A stretch of DNA of 64,000 nucleotides from a virus, in the IMG/VR virus record IMGVR_UViG_3300010883_025067, positions 1 through 64,000 of that record; one strand, given 5' to 3'. Under the pieces are notes generated by a model. That model was not told the DNA's origin and did not search any database. It saw only the letters and a list, made by a program, of their open reading frames with translations. Of the stretch, positions 19,613 through 30,800 are shown in pieces; position 1 is the stretch's first letter, and the number at the start of each line of letters is the position of its first letter. Position numbers and translations under genes: made by a program.

Positions 19613-20224
19613 ATGGAAATCAATAAGAAAATGATCAGAAGACTTATTCTGGAACAGATGGAAGATATGCTATCAGCAGAGGATGAGACTGATAGAACAA
19701 GATTGGGAGTTGATTCTGTGGATGACCAGATAGATTCTTTTTTGATAAAGTTTGAGAAAGACTCAGTTTCTCCTGAGGGTGCACTTTCAGAGATGAGTGC
19801 AAGATCATTAGTAGACCTCTTGCTTGAACAAGAAGAGGAGGCTGAGGATACACCTTCTGAAGAAGAACCAGCTGAGGCAGAAGAGGCAGAAGTTCCAGAG
19901 CCTGAGGATAGCACAAAGATCGATGTGACAGAGCCTGTTGAAGAGATTCAAAAGCTTCCATTAAATATCGATGCCTTTACAAAGAGAGTTGCAAGACTTG
20001 TAATGAATAATGTTATTTTACTCGATGTGAAATCAGTTATTTTGAATCGTGCGAAAAATTATCTACTTGAGAATTATGACCAAGGCCACGTTGACCAGAT
20101 GAGAGAGATCCTTGATACACAGTTTGATTTCAATCTTGAGGGAAGGGAAGACACTCCTACTGCCCCATACGCTGTAGGTGCATATGCAGGAGGAACCGGA
20201 GGCTCGGGAGGCGGCGGCGGATAA
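19613..20224 (+). CDS. Acidic hypothetical protein (possible head/core protein)
   Basis: MIRRLILEQ and LLLEQ motifs; Gly tail. Confidence 0.6.
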   Translation: MEINKKMIRRLILEQMEDMLSAEDETDRTRLGVDSVDDQIDSFLIKFEKDSVSPEGALSEMSARSLVDLLLEQEEEAEDTPSEEEPAEAEEAEVPEPEDSTKIDVTEPVEEIQKLPLNIDAFTKRVARLVMNNVILLDVKSVILNRAKNYLLENYDQGHVDQMREILDTQFDFNLEGREDTPTAPYAVGAYAGGTGGSGGGGG

Positions 20225-20511
20225 TGTCTGATAGCTACATTGACTTTGAGACAAAAAAGACAATCCATTTCAATATCACACGTGCCACCCATGCAGAGTT
20301 AAGAATTGCCTGCTTTAAGAAAAGACTTTCTATGCAAGAGGTGTTTGAGGAAATGTCACAGAGAATAGCAGCAGGGTCACCTGATGTGATTCATATTCTT
20401 GATGATCTTTCACAGAAGAAGAGAGATAGAACAATCAGAAAGCTATCACAGACAGATGCAGAGTCTTTATTTGACGTAATTGCGCAGGAAAGTCCACTCT
20501 CAGAAGACTAG
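20224..20511 (+). CDS. Ribbon-helix-helix DNA-binding protein
   Basis: KTIHFNIT..HAELRIAC....LSMQEVF pattern. Confidence 0.6.
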   Translation: MSDSYIDFETKKTIHFNITRATHAELRIACFKKRLSMQEVFEEMSQRIAAGSPDVIHILDDLSQKKRDRTIRKLSQTDAESLFDVIAQESPLSED

Positions 20512-20513
20512 GA

Positions 20514-20813
20514 TTGAAGATGTTTAACAAGCTGAAAAAGTTGTTTGTTAGCTTATTTGAAAGAATTTTTACAATTTCTTCAAAGGCAGCTGAGTTAACC
20601 AAAATTGTCAATGATCTTGAGGTAAGAATTTTTAAACTTGAAGATATTGTTATGAAGCAAACATATGTTCTGACAGCCTATACTAAGATCCAAGAAGGCA
20701 TAGTTGATCATATACTTGGTACAGTAACAAAAGGCCACACTAAAGACAATATATCATCGCAGAGCAGCGGAATGATAATTTTTTCTGAGGACGACGACGA
20801 TCTCATAAATTAG
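20514..20813 (+). CDS. Hypothetical protein
   Basis: ORF in operon. Confidence 0.55.
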   Translation: MKMFNKLKKLFVSLFERIFTISSKAAELTKIVNDLEVRIFKLEDIVMKQTYVLTAYTKIQEGIVDHILGTVTKGHTKDNISSQSSGMIIFSEDDDDLIN

Positions 20814-20871
20814 ATTGGTTTAACTTTTTTAGTAGCTTGTTATAATTTGTCATGCTTTTGGAGGTGATATT

Positions 20872-21135
20872 ATGAAAAAGCTAAAAGAACTTTTGAGCAA
20901 GTGGAAGGTGCATATCTCTGTTGTTGGGGGTGCGCTTGTGATAGCAACTGCATACGGTCAGTGTACTGTTGAGCCTGATCTTGATGTACTAGAGGAATCG
21001 GCAGAGGAAGCCACAGAGACAAGTGCCAGTACTGACGAGTCTACAACTGTTACAGTGTCTGATGAGACTGTTACAGCGTCTGATAATGATGCTGCTAGCG
21101 CAAGTGAAACAACTGCAGAATCTCATGACGATTAA
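20872..21135 (+). CDS. Membrane-anchored acidic S/T-rich protein
   Basis: GGAGG RBS; one hydrophobic segment. Confidence 0.6.
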   Translation: MKKLKELLSKWKVHISVVGGALVIATAYGQCTVEPDLDVLEESAEEATETSASTDESTTVTVSDETVTASDNDAASASETTAESHDD

Positions 21136-21322
21136 AGTGAAAGGTTTCACTGATCGTGTTCTTGAAAAGGTCGTTTCTAGAAAGCTGCTAGTATTTGCTA
21201 CAGCAACTGGGCTGATGATTTGGGATGGTCTTGATTCTGAAACATGGGGCATGATTGCAATTTGCTATATTGGTGGGCAAGCTGTTGTTGATGCGATGAC
21301 AGCATATAGACACGGTAGTTAA
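21125..21322 (+). CDS. Small two-TM protein, holin-like
   Basis: SRKLLVF...W..IA..YIGGQ.VVD; ATG at 21125. Confidence 0.5.
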   Translation: MTIKVKGFTDRVLEKVVSRKLLVFATATGLMIWDGLDSETWGMIAICYIGGQAVVDAMTAYRHGS

Positions 21323-21732
21323 TGATGATTTATCTGAAGATGCGCTATCTCGTAAAGCGGCTTGTGCTTTGGATAAAGACACACTGGGAGATCGCTCTTG
21401 CTGTAACAGCAATCATTACTGTCAATGTTGTTACCCGTAGAAGAACAAGAAACATATCAGCTCTCCTGTCTGGTGCTCAAAAAGTGCATAATGATGAGGT
21501 TGAAATTTTAAAATCATCACACAGAAGTGAAGTTGAGAGCATTCTTTCCACACATAAAAGATTGCGCAACACACTTGCTTCAATTGAGTCAAAGTACAAG
21601 AGTGAAAATAAAAAACTTGACGCAAAGAGAAAGAAAGAGATTGAGACACTTATCAAGAATAATATTGATGATCCCGATGCAATCACTGAGAAACTTTCAG
21701 CACTAACTGGATTTAAAATTGAGGTAGAATAG
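21322..21732 (+). CDS. N-terminal TM + coiled-coil protein
   Basis: Hydrophobic segment then basic coiled coil. Confidence 0.55.
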   Translation: MMIYLKMRYLVKRLVLWIKTHWEIALAVTAIITVNVVTRRRTRNISALLSGAQKVHNDEVEILKSSHRSEVESILSTHKRLRNTLASIESKYKSENKKLDAKRKKEIETLIKNNIDDPDAITEKLSALTGFKIEVE

Positions 21733-22173
21733 ATGCTTTTTGTAGCCATAGTTGTTGCTACACTGGGAGCTGCATATGCAGATGAGACTCAAGAAGAAGC
21801 AATAGTAACATTGCAAGAGGGAGATGTTGCGCCTTTTTCTGGGACTTTGTTTAGCACAGCTGCTTCAGCTAAGCTTGCTGTAGACCTTGAGAATGCACAA
21901 CAGACATGCCAGCTCAAGATAGATCAAGCAGTAGAAGTAAAAGAGGCTGAAATGCAATATCTAGCTGATGTCGAGAAGATCAAGTTAGAATTTTGTGAGA
22001 AACGCAGTGAAGAAATTTTAATCATAAAGAATGATCATATCGATCTTCTTAACACGCAAATTAAAAGAAGAGGAAGCCCGTCATCATCAGCCTGGTATGT
22101 CGGTGGAATTGTCACTGGTATTTTGGCGACGTCTTTTGGTGTCTTGGCAGTTTCAAAAGCCTCAGCAAATTAA
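21733..22173 (+). CDS. Signal peptide + coiled coil + C-terminal TM protein
   Basis: AYA cleavage site; APFSGTL; C-terminal TM. Confidence 0.6.
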   Translation: MLFVAIVVATLGAAYADETQEEAIVTLQEGDVAPFSGTLFSTAASAKLAVDLENAQQTCQLKIDQAVEVKEAEMQYLADVEKIKLEFCEKRSEEILIIKNDHIDLLNTQIKRRGSPSSSAWYVGGIVTGILATSFGVLAVSKASAN

Positions 22174-22208
22174 AGCTACAGCAGATATTTATCTGTGAGG
22201 AGTCTTGT

Positions 22209-23975
22209 ATGCGTGTCATAGTAAAGAAAGATGCTTTGGAAGAAGCACTTTTAAAGATCATAAGTGAGGATCGAAGTCATCAATCAGCTAGAATTGATAC
22301 GATTGTAGGTGCAGATGATGATGAACCTATCGAGCCAACACCGCAAATGGCTGTGCAGCTATCAGTTGATAAGCCTCCTGTAGATGATCCAGCATATATG
22401 CCCTCAAATGTCGAGGAGCTAGGTCGTGCAGCCTCTGTTATATCTGCTGAGGTGCCTTCAGATCAAATTGAATTTTTTTATAGAAAGCTCCACAGACTTT
22501 TAGACAGTGCCCTAGACAGACATGATGCCAAAACTTACGAACAGTCTCTGTCTGAATCGAAAATTCGAGAAAGTGTTCGAATGATTCTGGAAGCCGATGA
22601 CGATGATCTCGATGATATTAAGCTTGCTATAGAGGATCCTGTCTCTGAGACAGCTGATAAGATAATTGATTACATTGTAGCCAACCCATCATTTTTTCAA
22701 GACATCATTGGTCTAGATCCTGAAACTGGTAAGCCGATGACCAGAGCTGCAGATCCACGGCTTGTGCAACTTCGTGTTTTGAGTCAGATGCAAAAAAATT
22801 CAGTCATTCAGAATATTCTACGAAAGAGTGAGATGTCAGAAGATGAGAAGAAAAATGTTAGAGTAGCTGTTGCTAATGAAATGCTTAGATTTGCAAAACG
22901 AGAGGTTACACCAGAAGAAGTTTCTGGATATATTGAAGCAGGAAAGGCAGAGACAGCAGCCCGTATTCCAGCTAAAGAGATGGTTAAGGTAAGAAAGGAA
23001 ACTGGGTTTGAAGGCCTCGAGCTTATTGCAGCGCTCAGAGATCGTGCTGATGAGATAGAAGCAATGGGAATGGAGGATAATGCAAGCGGGCTTAGAAAAC
23101 TTGCAGACGAAACTGAGCAAGAAATTACACATCCTGAGGAATCTGTTGATCCAATTGCAGCAATAGAGAAAATCAATCCGCATGAGGCAGCAAAGATTCG
23201 CAAGCAGCTAAGAGATGAAATTCTGGAAAAAGAAGGGATAGAGCTTAGGATGTCACAACAAGCATTACAAGCACTAAAGGAAAAAATTGCGGATGAGACA
23301 GGATTAAAAGTCAACAATATTCAGAATATTCTCTATGATGACCTTAAAGTATTCGGATTCAACCCAGAGGATGCTATTAAGCTAGGCTTTCCAACTGATA
23401 AAAAAATTCCAAGCACATACGATCCAATGAAGTTAATTGCGCAGAAGAAGATCGTCGGCACTGTCTATGATCTATTCAGATCAACAATACGAGACTATAT
23501 TGAGAGTATTGGGTATGATGATGAGGCTGAAGCCAGTGTCTTAGCTTCACTGCTTGATGATGATATCGCAACCTTTCCTGGAGATGGAATCGACGGATAT
23601 GTGAAGGTTCAGAACACAGCTATTACTCATAGAGATATGGATCCTGATTCACAGCAATACCTTAGTGTTAGAAATTCATTTGAAGCTGTTGTGGCATTTA
23701 TTCAGGGCGTCGCAAAGGCCATCCTCGATCCTGAAAAAACAAAGGGTGCTAAAGAGGGAGGAGTCAGAGCGTTTATGCAACAGATGAACACAGATGGTGC
23801 ATTTCGTCGCCAGTCATCAGATGAAGTGTTAACAACAAGGAATTTTGAACAGTACATGAATGGTTTGATCGATAACATTCAGAATGTCATTTTGGATGAG
23901 AATATAGCATATAATATTCTTGAAAAGGCACTGAAGACTGCTCCTAAAAGAACTAAAAAGTTTTTAAGGAAATAA
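22209..23975 (+). CDS. Large hypothetical protein (possible internal head protein)
   Basis: GAGGAG RBS; ATATTTA upstream; IISE and MILE motifs. Confidence 0.7.
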   Translation: MRVIVKKDALEEALLKIISEDRSHQSARIDTIVGADDDEPIEPTPQMAVQLSVDKPPVDDPAYMPSNVEELGRAASVISAEVPSDQIEFFYRKLHRLLDSALDRHDAKTYEQSLSESKIRESVRMILEADDDDLDDIKLAIEDPVSETADKIIDYIVANPSFFQDIIGLDPETGKPMTRAADPRLVQLRVLSQMQKNSVIQNILRKSEMSEDEKKNVRVAVANEMLRFAKREVTPEEVSGYIEAGKAETAARIPAKEMVKVRKETGFEGLELIAALRDRADEIEAMGMEDNASGLRKLADETEQEITHPEESVDPIAAIEKINPHEAAKIRKQLRDEILEKEGIELRMSQQALQALKEKIADETGLKVNNIQNILYDDLKVFGFNPEDAIKLGFPTDKKIPSTYDPMKLIAQKKIVGTVYDLFRSTIRDYIESIGYDDEAEASVLASLLDDDIATFPGDGIDGYVKVQNTAITHRDMDPDSQQYLSVRNSFEAVVAFIQGVAKAILDPEKTKGAKEGGVRAFMQQMNTDGAFRRQSSDEVLTTRNFEQYMNGLIDNIQNVILDENIAYNILEKALKTAPKRTKKFLRK

Positions 23976-23976
23976 T

Positions 23977-24381
23977 ATGAAAGCTTTGATAGACCTTGTG
24001 GATAAGAGATTGCTAGAGGGTAATTCCTTATCTAACAGTGTGGGTCAAGCACTGGGATCGTTGAAGACCACACTACCTGATCCGTTACCGATAGAGGTAA
24101 AAAATCCGGAATGGATTCTCTTACAAGATCCTGAGAGAATCGCCAAAACTTTTGAATTTGATAGCTTTGGTAACATGAGATATTTCATTGATGAGTTATT
24201 GCTTGAACAAGAGAGAATGAATCATCACTCTTTGATTATGATAGACCATATGACAGTCAGTGTAGAGACATATACACATTCACTAAATGCAGTGACAGAG
24301 CAGGATTTGCTGCTGGCTAAGTTTTGTGATGAAATATTTGAGGATACGAGATATTTTGAAGGAAAAAATAAAGATGTCTAA
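23977..24381 (+). CDS. Pterin-4a-carbinolamine dehydratase-like protein
   Basis: KTFEFDSF, E.MNHH, YTH...VTE.D.LLA. Confidence 0.8.
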   Translation: MKALIDLVDKRLLEGNSLSNSVGQALGSLKTTLPDPLPIEVKNPEWILLQDPERIAKTFEFDSFGNMRYFIDELLLEQERMNHHSLIMIDHMTVSVETYTHSLNAVTEQDLLLAKFCDEIFEDTRYFEGKNKDV

Positions 24382-24739
24382 TTCTACAATTTTTATGAGT
24401 GATGCCCTAAAAGGAAGAGTGAGTATGTTGCAACTTAGTGATGAGATAGCTCCTTCAGAAATTTTTTGCCATCTAGAATTGGGTGATAATGTTCTTGATC
24501 TCATACCACAAAAGATAGTAACATCTCCAGGCATCGTCGCATTAACCTTTCCATGCAATGCTGAGCAGGTTCTTACAATGCTTGAAAATAGAACGGTTAC
24601 GCTAAAGATTCTTCATAGTACTTCTGATAAAGCAGTTCTGTCATATGAAAATGTCAGTGTTCTCGAAACATGTATTAATGTGTCAGGTCTCGATTCATAT
24701 CAGGTAGAATTAACTGTAACAACAAGAAACTCCGCATAA
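24374..24739 (+). CDS. Hypothetical protein
   Basis: ATG overlaps previous gene end. Confidence 0.6.
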   Translation: MSNSTIFMSDALKGRVSMLQLSDEIAPSEIFCHLELGDNVLDLIPQKIVTSPGIVALTFPCNAEQVLTMLENRTVTLKILHSTSDKAVLSYENVSVLETCINVSGLDSYQVELTVTTRNSA

Positions 24740-24759
24740 TTAATTCATGTGAGGCAATA

Positions 24760-24909
24760 ATGAGTAAAGAATTTGAATTTGAAAAGTTTATGGATGATAT
24801 CTGCAAAAAAGAATCAGTGACTAATAGTGAAAATCAGGTGCAGGAAGATGAATCTCCTCAAAGAAATTATCGTAAGCTATACCGAGAGCTGTGGCAAAAT
24901 AGAATTTGA
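24760..24909 (+). CDS. Small hypothetical ORF (49 aa, not in track)
   Basis: ATAATTA at 24736; GAGG RBS; MSKEFEFEKFMDDI...WQNRI*. Confidence 0.6.
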   Translation: MSKEFEFEKFMDDICKKESVTNSENQVQEDESPQRNYRKLYRELWQNRI

Positions 24910-24923
24910 TACGGAGAAAAGAA

Positions 24924-25643
24924 ATGAGCGATATAAGACTTGATAGTGCCAGAGATGTAGAGCTATTCCTTAAAATCTTAGCTGAGGAGAGTGTCAGGGA
25001 GGCACAACGATCAGTCTCGTCTATTGACCCGATGCAGAGTCAAATTGAAAAACAGGTGAAGCAGGACAAATCAATCTATGATCTAAGAGAGCAAGATGGA
25101 CCGCCATCGGGTGAAGATGAGGTAGCAAAACCTGCTGAGGATTCTGAGGCTGGGGCAGAAGCTGAGACTGAGACAGGGGAAGACGATTCTGGAGAGGGTC
25201 TTGAGGTTTCACTTGACAGTGTTGCAGACAGCATCAAGACACTGCGAAGCGGTCGATCTGTTGATGACAGAGAAATTAAGGCACAGATGCGTGCCTATTT
25301 TGATAGACTAGATGCACCAGAAAGACAGGCGCTGCAGGCCTTTATGGGAGCATTTGCAAAAATTTTAACAAGTAACGTCACTGGAGCAGATGCGCAGGAT
25401 CCAAGTGATCCACCTTTGAATATAGCCATGTCTGGTGATGAGCCCGAACCTCAAGGCACTAAGGCAGCAGCACAGGAAGAAGAGCCAGTAGCTACCGAAC
25501 CTACTGAAGAGGAAGAAGAGGAAGAAGAGGAAGATGAGAAAAAGGGTGCTGAGGACACCACACCCCCAGTCCCAATTACTCCTGGTGGACCCCAGCGTGT
25601 TGCTGAGATTAGAAGACGCGTTCAAAAGCTAATGATCAGATAA
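24924..25643 (+). CDS. Acidic hypothetical protein (scaffold/core-like)
   Basis: GGAG RBS; ILAE and LRE motifs; poly-Glu. Confidence 0.65.
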   Translation: MSDIRLDSARDVELFLKILAEESVREAQRSVSSIDPMQSQIEKQVKQDKSIYDLREQDGPPSGEDEVAKPAEDSEAGAEAETETGEDDSGEGLEVSLDSVADSIKTLRSGRSVDDREIKAQMRAYFDRLDAPERQALQAFMGAFAKILTSNVTGADAQDPSDPPLNIAMSGDEPEPQGTKAAAQEEEPVATEPTEEEEEEEEEDEKKGAEDTTPPVPITPGGPQRVAEIRRRVQKLMIR

Positions 25644-25703
25644 TCATGTAATTTTCTCTTTTTTGTGGTATGATTTAATCACGAGATAGATTCGGAGATT
25701 AGC

Positions 25704-25916
25704 ATGCAAAAAAGAAGAATAGGGTTACCGTCCGGCGGAGAGCTTGAGGTAGAGATGACACCTGATTTTTTGTGCTATGTCAGACGTCAGTTTAATCTCA
25801 CAGAGGAAGATGTGGTAACTGATGATCATATTCGAATGTTTGTTCACGGAAGTGTTAAGTGTGCACTCGATGATGTTGAGCATGATCCTGAATGGGTTGT
25901 TCGACGTGACCTGTAG
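25704..25916 (+). CDS. Hypothetical protein
   Basis: GGAG RBS; promoter at 25646-25674. Confidence 0.6.
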   Translation: MQKRRIGLPSGGELEVEMTPDFLCYVRRQFNLTEEDVVTDDHIRMFVHGSVKCALDDVEHDPEWVVRRDL

Positions 25917-25932
25917 GAACAGTTGTCTCATC

Positions 25933-25939
25933 ATACTTA
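25933..25939 (+). promoter_or_regulatory. Putative late promoter ATACTTA upstream of NTase operon
   Basis: Member of recurrent ATANTTA motif. Confidence 0.5.
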
Positions 25940-25955
25940 TCAACAGGGGTAATGT

Positions 25956-27236
25956 ATGAGATCAGAAGAGCTTCTTAGACTGCTTATTCGTGAATCTGTA
26001 TTTAGACTTTATGATGGAACAGAAACAGAGTATGGCTCGTCGAGTCATGTCGAAGACCTTGATAGAATAGTCAACGAGCTTCAGCACTTAAAAAAGACAC
26101 TTAAGCGTGGTTCAAGAAGACTACAAAATAGAAAAGAAATACACAGGATCCAAAGCTCAATAGAGGCAATTCGATATCTAAGAAATGGTGTCAAAAGATT
26201 TGGAATTAGGAGTGGTTTGATCGCTGAGGGAGGATTAAAGATTCCCGGCGGTTCCGATAAAAAGTTAAATCCCACACTAGTGGGTCAGGCAATAAAGGTG
26301 TATGAGAATCTCTTGGGACAGTGGAATTCATATCTTGAGCTAGCAGGTCATGACCCTGTTAAGCCAATCAAGCCCGTAGGGTCTGTAAGCTACTATTCAC
26401 AGGACGCTTTAGAAAATCCCGACGCTGAATATGGAGACATTGATTACCTTGTAGAACTGCCAGTTATGCATCAGGAGAGTTCGGACGAGAAAAGTAAGAG
26501 ACAAATTGAGAATGCAATTAAGCGGGAATATGAGCAGTTGTTTGTCAATTTTTTGAATGCTGTTAAACCTGCTGAAGTTGACATAGAGCTTACATTAAAG
26601 CCAAGTGCTATTGGCAGTAAGGTCCCATCTAGTCCCTATATGGTCATTATTACATTGCCAGGTGGTGAGTCAGTTCAGGTAGACACAGTCACGACTTATC
26701 CGAGAAGTGCAGAGTGGATGGGAGGCAGGTATACACCAGAGCGTGGTGTCAAGGGATACCTGATAGGAAACATATATAAGTCTCTTGGTGACCATCTGGT
26801 GATGTCTATCGGTACCCAGGGGGTGGCAATTAAGTCTAGGGAGGGAAAGAGAGTACCTGCTAAGTTTCAAAAAGGTGTCAAGGTTGAAAATATAAGCACA
26901 GATATCGGTAATTTTCTGGTAGATATTGCTGCTTACCTTGTGGGAGATAATCTAGATCCTCATCCGCTTTTGGTTGGAAATCCTGGTGTTGACAAAGACA
27001 GTGTATCCATGAGATCTCTTGTGAAGGGAATAAAGGGATTAGCTCTGACTCTTGAAGCTGGAGGAGATTATGACGCGCTGGGTATGATGAATGCCATCAA
27101 GGCATACTATGAGGAAAATCTTAGAAGCAATGTAGAGCAGAAAAAAACCAGAGGCTTAAATGAGAAAGACTACCAGAAGCTATTAAAGATGAATGATGTT
27201 GCTGTTAAAATGATGTCGGAGGAGTTTGGTCTCTAA
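25956..27236 (+). CDS. Pol-beta superfamily nucleotidyltransferase
   Basis: PVGS...GDIDY...QVD catalytic pattern. Confidence 0.7.
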   Translation: MRSEELLRLLIRESVFRLYDGTETEYGSSSHVEDLDRIVNELQHLKKTLKRGSRRLQNRKEIHRIQSSIEAIRYLRNGVKRFGIRSGLIAEGGLKIPGGSDKKLNPTLVGQAIKVYENLLGQWNSYLELAGHDPVKPIKPVGSVSYYSQDALENPDAEYGDIDYLVELPVMHQESSDEKSKRQIENAIKREYEQLFVNFLNAVKPAEVDIELTLKPSAIGSKVPSSPYMVIITLPGGESVQVDTVTTYPRSAEWMGGRYTPERGVKGYLIGNIYKSLGDHLVMSIGTQGVAIKSREGKRVPAKFQKGVKVENISTDIGNFLVDIAAYLVGDNLDPHPLLVGNPGVDKDSVSMRSLVKGIKGLALTLEAGGDYDALGMMNAIKAYYEENLRSNVEQKKTRGLNEKDYQKLLKMNDVAVKMMSEEFGL

Positions 27237-27883
27237 TGGACTTTTTCACATCAGACTTACATTTTGGACATAGAAATATTATCAAGCATTGTGATCGACC
27301 CTTTTCGAATGTTGATGAGATGAATAGTGCCCTGATTAACAACTGGAATAGCATGGTCAACAACGATGATCGAGTAATAGTTGTGGGTGACATGTTTTTG
27401 TGTGGCAAAGAAATAATGCCTGAGATAATGTCACAACTAAATGGTTATAAGATTCTTGTAAAGGGAAATCATGATCTGAGTCTCAAGAAGATGAAGGAGA
27501 TTGGATTTGATGAGTGTCATAGAAAAATGAGTTATACACTGCCTGGCGGTCAAAGAGCGCTTGTGCAACATCACCCGATACCCGAGAAGCTGCTTAGCGA
27601 TCATGATCTCTTGATTCATGGACACATTCATATATCACCAAAGGTCAGAGGTAAGAGAATCAATGTCAGCTGTGACATTTGGGATTTTTCACCAATTCAG
27701 GTCAACAGACTGTGTGGTCTAGTCTCGACAAAAAAGAGTGAAGTGTCAAGTGAATGGTGTGATATCCGTCTGGATGGCGAAAACCTTCTGATACACTTGT
27801 CAATTAACATGCAAGATTTTCCCGGTGCTGTTGAGGAAATATATAAAGTGATGCAAGGTCATTGGCCGAGGAGAAGAGAATGA
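27236..27883 (+). CDS. Calcineurin-like metallophosphoesterase
   Basis: SDLHFGH, VGD, GNHD, HGHIH. Confidence 0.88.
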   Translation: MDFFTSDLHFGHRNIIKHCDRPFSNVDEMNSALINNWNSMVNNDDRVIVVGDMFLCGKEIMPEIMSQLNGYKILVKGNHDLSLKKMKEIGFDECHRKMSYTLPGGQRALVQHHPIPEKLLSDHDLLIHGHIHISPKVRGKRINVSCDIWDFSPIQVNRLCGLVSTKKSEVSSEWCDIRLDGENLLIHLSINMQDFPGAVEEIYKVMQGHWPRRRE

Positions 27884-30800
27884 AGCTTGGGCTTTACGGG
27901 GGAGGATTCAAACCCTTTACAACTGGGCATTTTGCAAGGTTGGCTGACGCGATACATGATAATGACAAGGTGTACTTATTTTACGGTATGCAGCAAGTAG
28001 AGCCAGCTAGGTATGGGAAGAAAGGCCAGCAGCTAAAATCGAAACAGAAGTTCAGAGATATTGGAAAAACCGGAAGAATGTATGATGAGAAAGTTGCTGA
28101 GTCTATCTTTCAAATATACAAGACTGCTCTTGAGAGAATCCCAGAAGTCGAGGTGATTCTGGTACAAAGTCAGGCTAGGGACGAACAAGGAAATCTCGCT
28201 GCAGTTCGAGCACCTGTAACAGCGATATTCAAGAATCTTGAGGAGTTTGTTAAGAATCCCGACATGTATGAAAAGGTTACTATCTATGGAGATAAATCCT
28301 CGATGGCACCGTACATGAAAAGTCCAAAGTTTAAAGACCTTGTGAGAGTGGGAAAGCTCCAATTCGGTGGTGCTATTCCTGAAAATCCAGAAGATTACCT
28401 GGATCCGGACAGGCTAGATAGACTAATGACTCGCGGCGAAGAAGAAGCCCGTGACGCACTAAAGGGATATTATGCAGACTTAGAGGGAGAAGATAGAAAG
28501 GAACTATCAGATGAGGATATCACACAGCTACAATCTGTCAGAGGTACTCGAGTTAGAGATCTTGCAGCTTCTCCAGAGACAACAGAAGAAGCTAAGCGCT
28601 ACCTTCCTCCTTTTCTTAACAGTGATGAAAAGGACAAGATCATTCAAATTCTTCTGGGTAGCATAGATGAGTCACTTATAAAGCCAGCAATTTCAGAAGC
28701 TGTTGTAAAAAGAGCAGCAACAAAGTTTTCTGCTATAAGGTTGCTATCAGAGCAAGATGATAAAAGTGCTGTTGGGCCTGGTGAGGAAGCACACATATAC
28801 AATCTGTATGAGGAGCTGGGAATGCCCCTCAAGGACATCATTGAGATAGGTCATTTAGGATTGAAAGGAAAGCTAGAGAATGTTCAGGAGAAAATGGACG
28901 GTCAGTTTCTGGCATTCACAGTTGTCGATGGTCAGCTAAGATTTTTCACCAAGATGGATCTTCAGAGTCAGAGGGCAAAGGATAAGCGGCTAGAGTCGAT
29001 TCGAGCAGGCGGACCCGGCGGAGGCATGACTTTAGATCAGATCATGTCTGCTTATACAGGAGATAGATCAAATATCGCAGATGGATTTGCAATCGCTTAT
29101 GAGGCATTGGAGCCTGTAGCACTACCATATCAGGATTCACTCTTCAGAAATGGAGAGGTTGTGATGGCATCACAGATAATGGTATCAAAGAACCCTAACA
29201 CAATTCTATATAACAAGGACTCTCTAAGGACAGTCCTTGCTATCTCTTTAACAGGTGAGCCTGTTAATCAAGATGCACTGTCATCCTTTAAGTCAGAGAT
29301 GCGTGATTCCTCGACGGATGCTTTTACCATGGACGAGGTACCCACAGCCTCTCTTATGAAAGGGCTTGACGAGGATGATAGTGAGCTTGAGCAATTAGAG
29401 AAAGATCTAGAGTCAGTTGTTGCAGAGGTGGGACTTTCAATTAGTAATAATACAGTTGGTGATTACGTCAATGCGAGATTAGAGGAGTTCATCAGGGAGA
29501 AATATGAGTTTATTCCCGATGACTTTGTCCCTGGAGTCGCTGACAGATTTATGACAGGAAAGGGAAGAATTGCCCTACAGCTTAAGAAGGTAGTATCACC
29601 TGAAGAGTACCAGCGCTTCCGATCGCTTGATAGTGTGAAGACCAGAGTGGTACAAGAGGCAATTGTTCCACTTGAGAACATTATTCAGAGGCTGGGCATC
29701 ATGATTATTGATAAGCTCGATCTCGCCCTTCAGGCTAGTAATCAGGAAGATCTGCTAGGATTTGTTAAAGACGTTAGGGGTGAATTTGAATCTGGGTTTA
29801 ATTTTGGTTTGGGATCTGAAGATGAGAAGACGTTAGAGGGGATTCGTGTAGCCTTGGCGAGACTTGAGGCCAATGAAGATTTATTTACTCGCGCCACAGA
29901 AGGTATCGTCTTTACACACAACAATAAGACATATAAGCTAACCGGTCTTTTTACACCCATTAATAGATTGCGTGGATTCTTCTCATACGGCAAGGCAAAA
30001 ATGCCAGACCGAGGAGAAAGTAAAGATCTAAGTGAAACAGTAAGCAAAATTTTAATGAAGATTCTTTCCGAAGGAGGAAAGGCCTTTAAGCATAAGGATG
30101 AGCAGGGAAATGAGATTGTTGCAACATCTGAAGATAGTATATCTAGACAGCAGGCTGACCGGATAATACAAGATCTTGAGAAGAATCTACTGGAGCCATT
30201 GGGCATCAAGTTTTTACCTGTAGGTAGTACAGCAACTGACAAGCAGATGATAGGTGACATCGATCTTGTTGTCAGTGAACCTGATAAGGGGACACTATAC
30301 CAGAAAATGTTGAGTGCTGCATATCTCAGTGATGAACTTGTCGAAGGTGTGCCACGCGTTCTAAAGGTCGGTCAACTTGTTGCTATCATGGTTAAGGATG
30401 CAGAGACAGGGCAATTATTTCAGGTTGATCTGTTTCCAAGTTCTAACATGGACGATACATCCTGGGAACTCTCGGGAGGAGGAGAAGGCAAGGTTAAGGG
30501 TGAGTATCATAAGCTAATGATTTCTCTTCTTGCTAAAATAAAAGGTGAGAGAGAATCAACACCAGACAGGGTTGTTAAGTACACAGTAGCTTTTCCGGGC
30601 GGCTTACGTGAAAAAGTTAATGACATCGAAGATGAGTCAGGAAGGATAGCTGATCCTGATGATTATCTGCCTAAGCTGGGTGTGCAGGTAGAAGATAAGC
30701 ATTCTGTTAAAATCTTTGAGGATCTCGTGTCTCACATGGTGGAGGCGGATACATCTGAATTTAGAGAAGCCTTAGAGAGATTTGAGGAGTATATTGGGAA

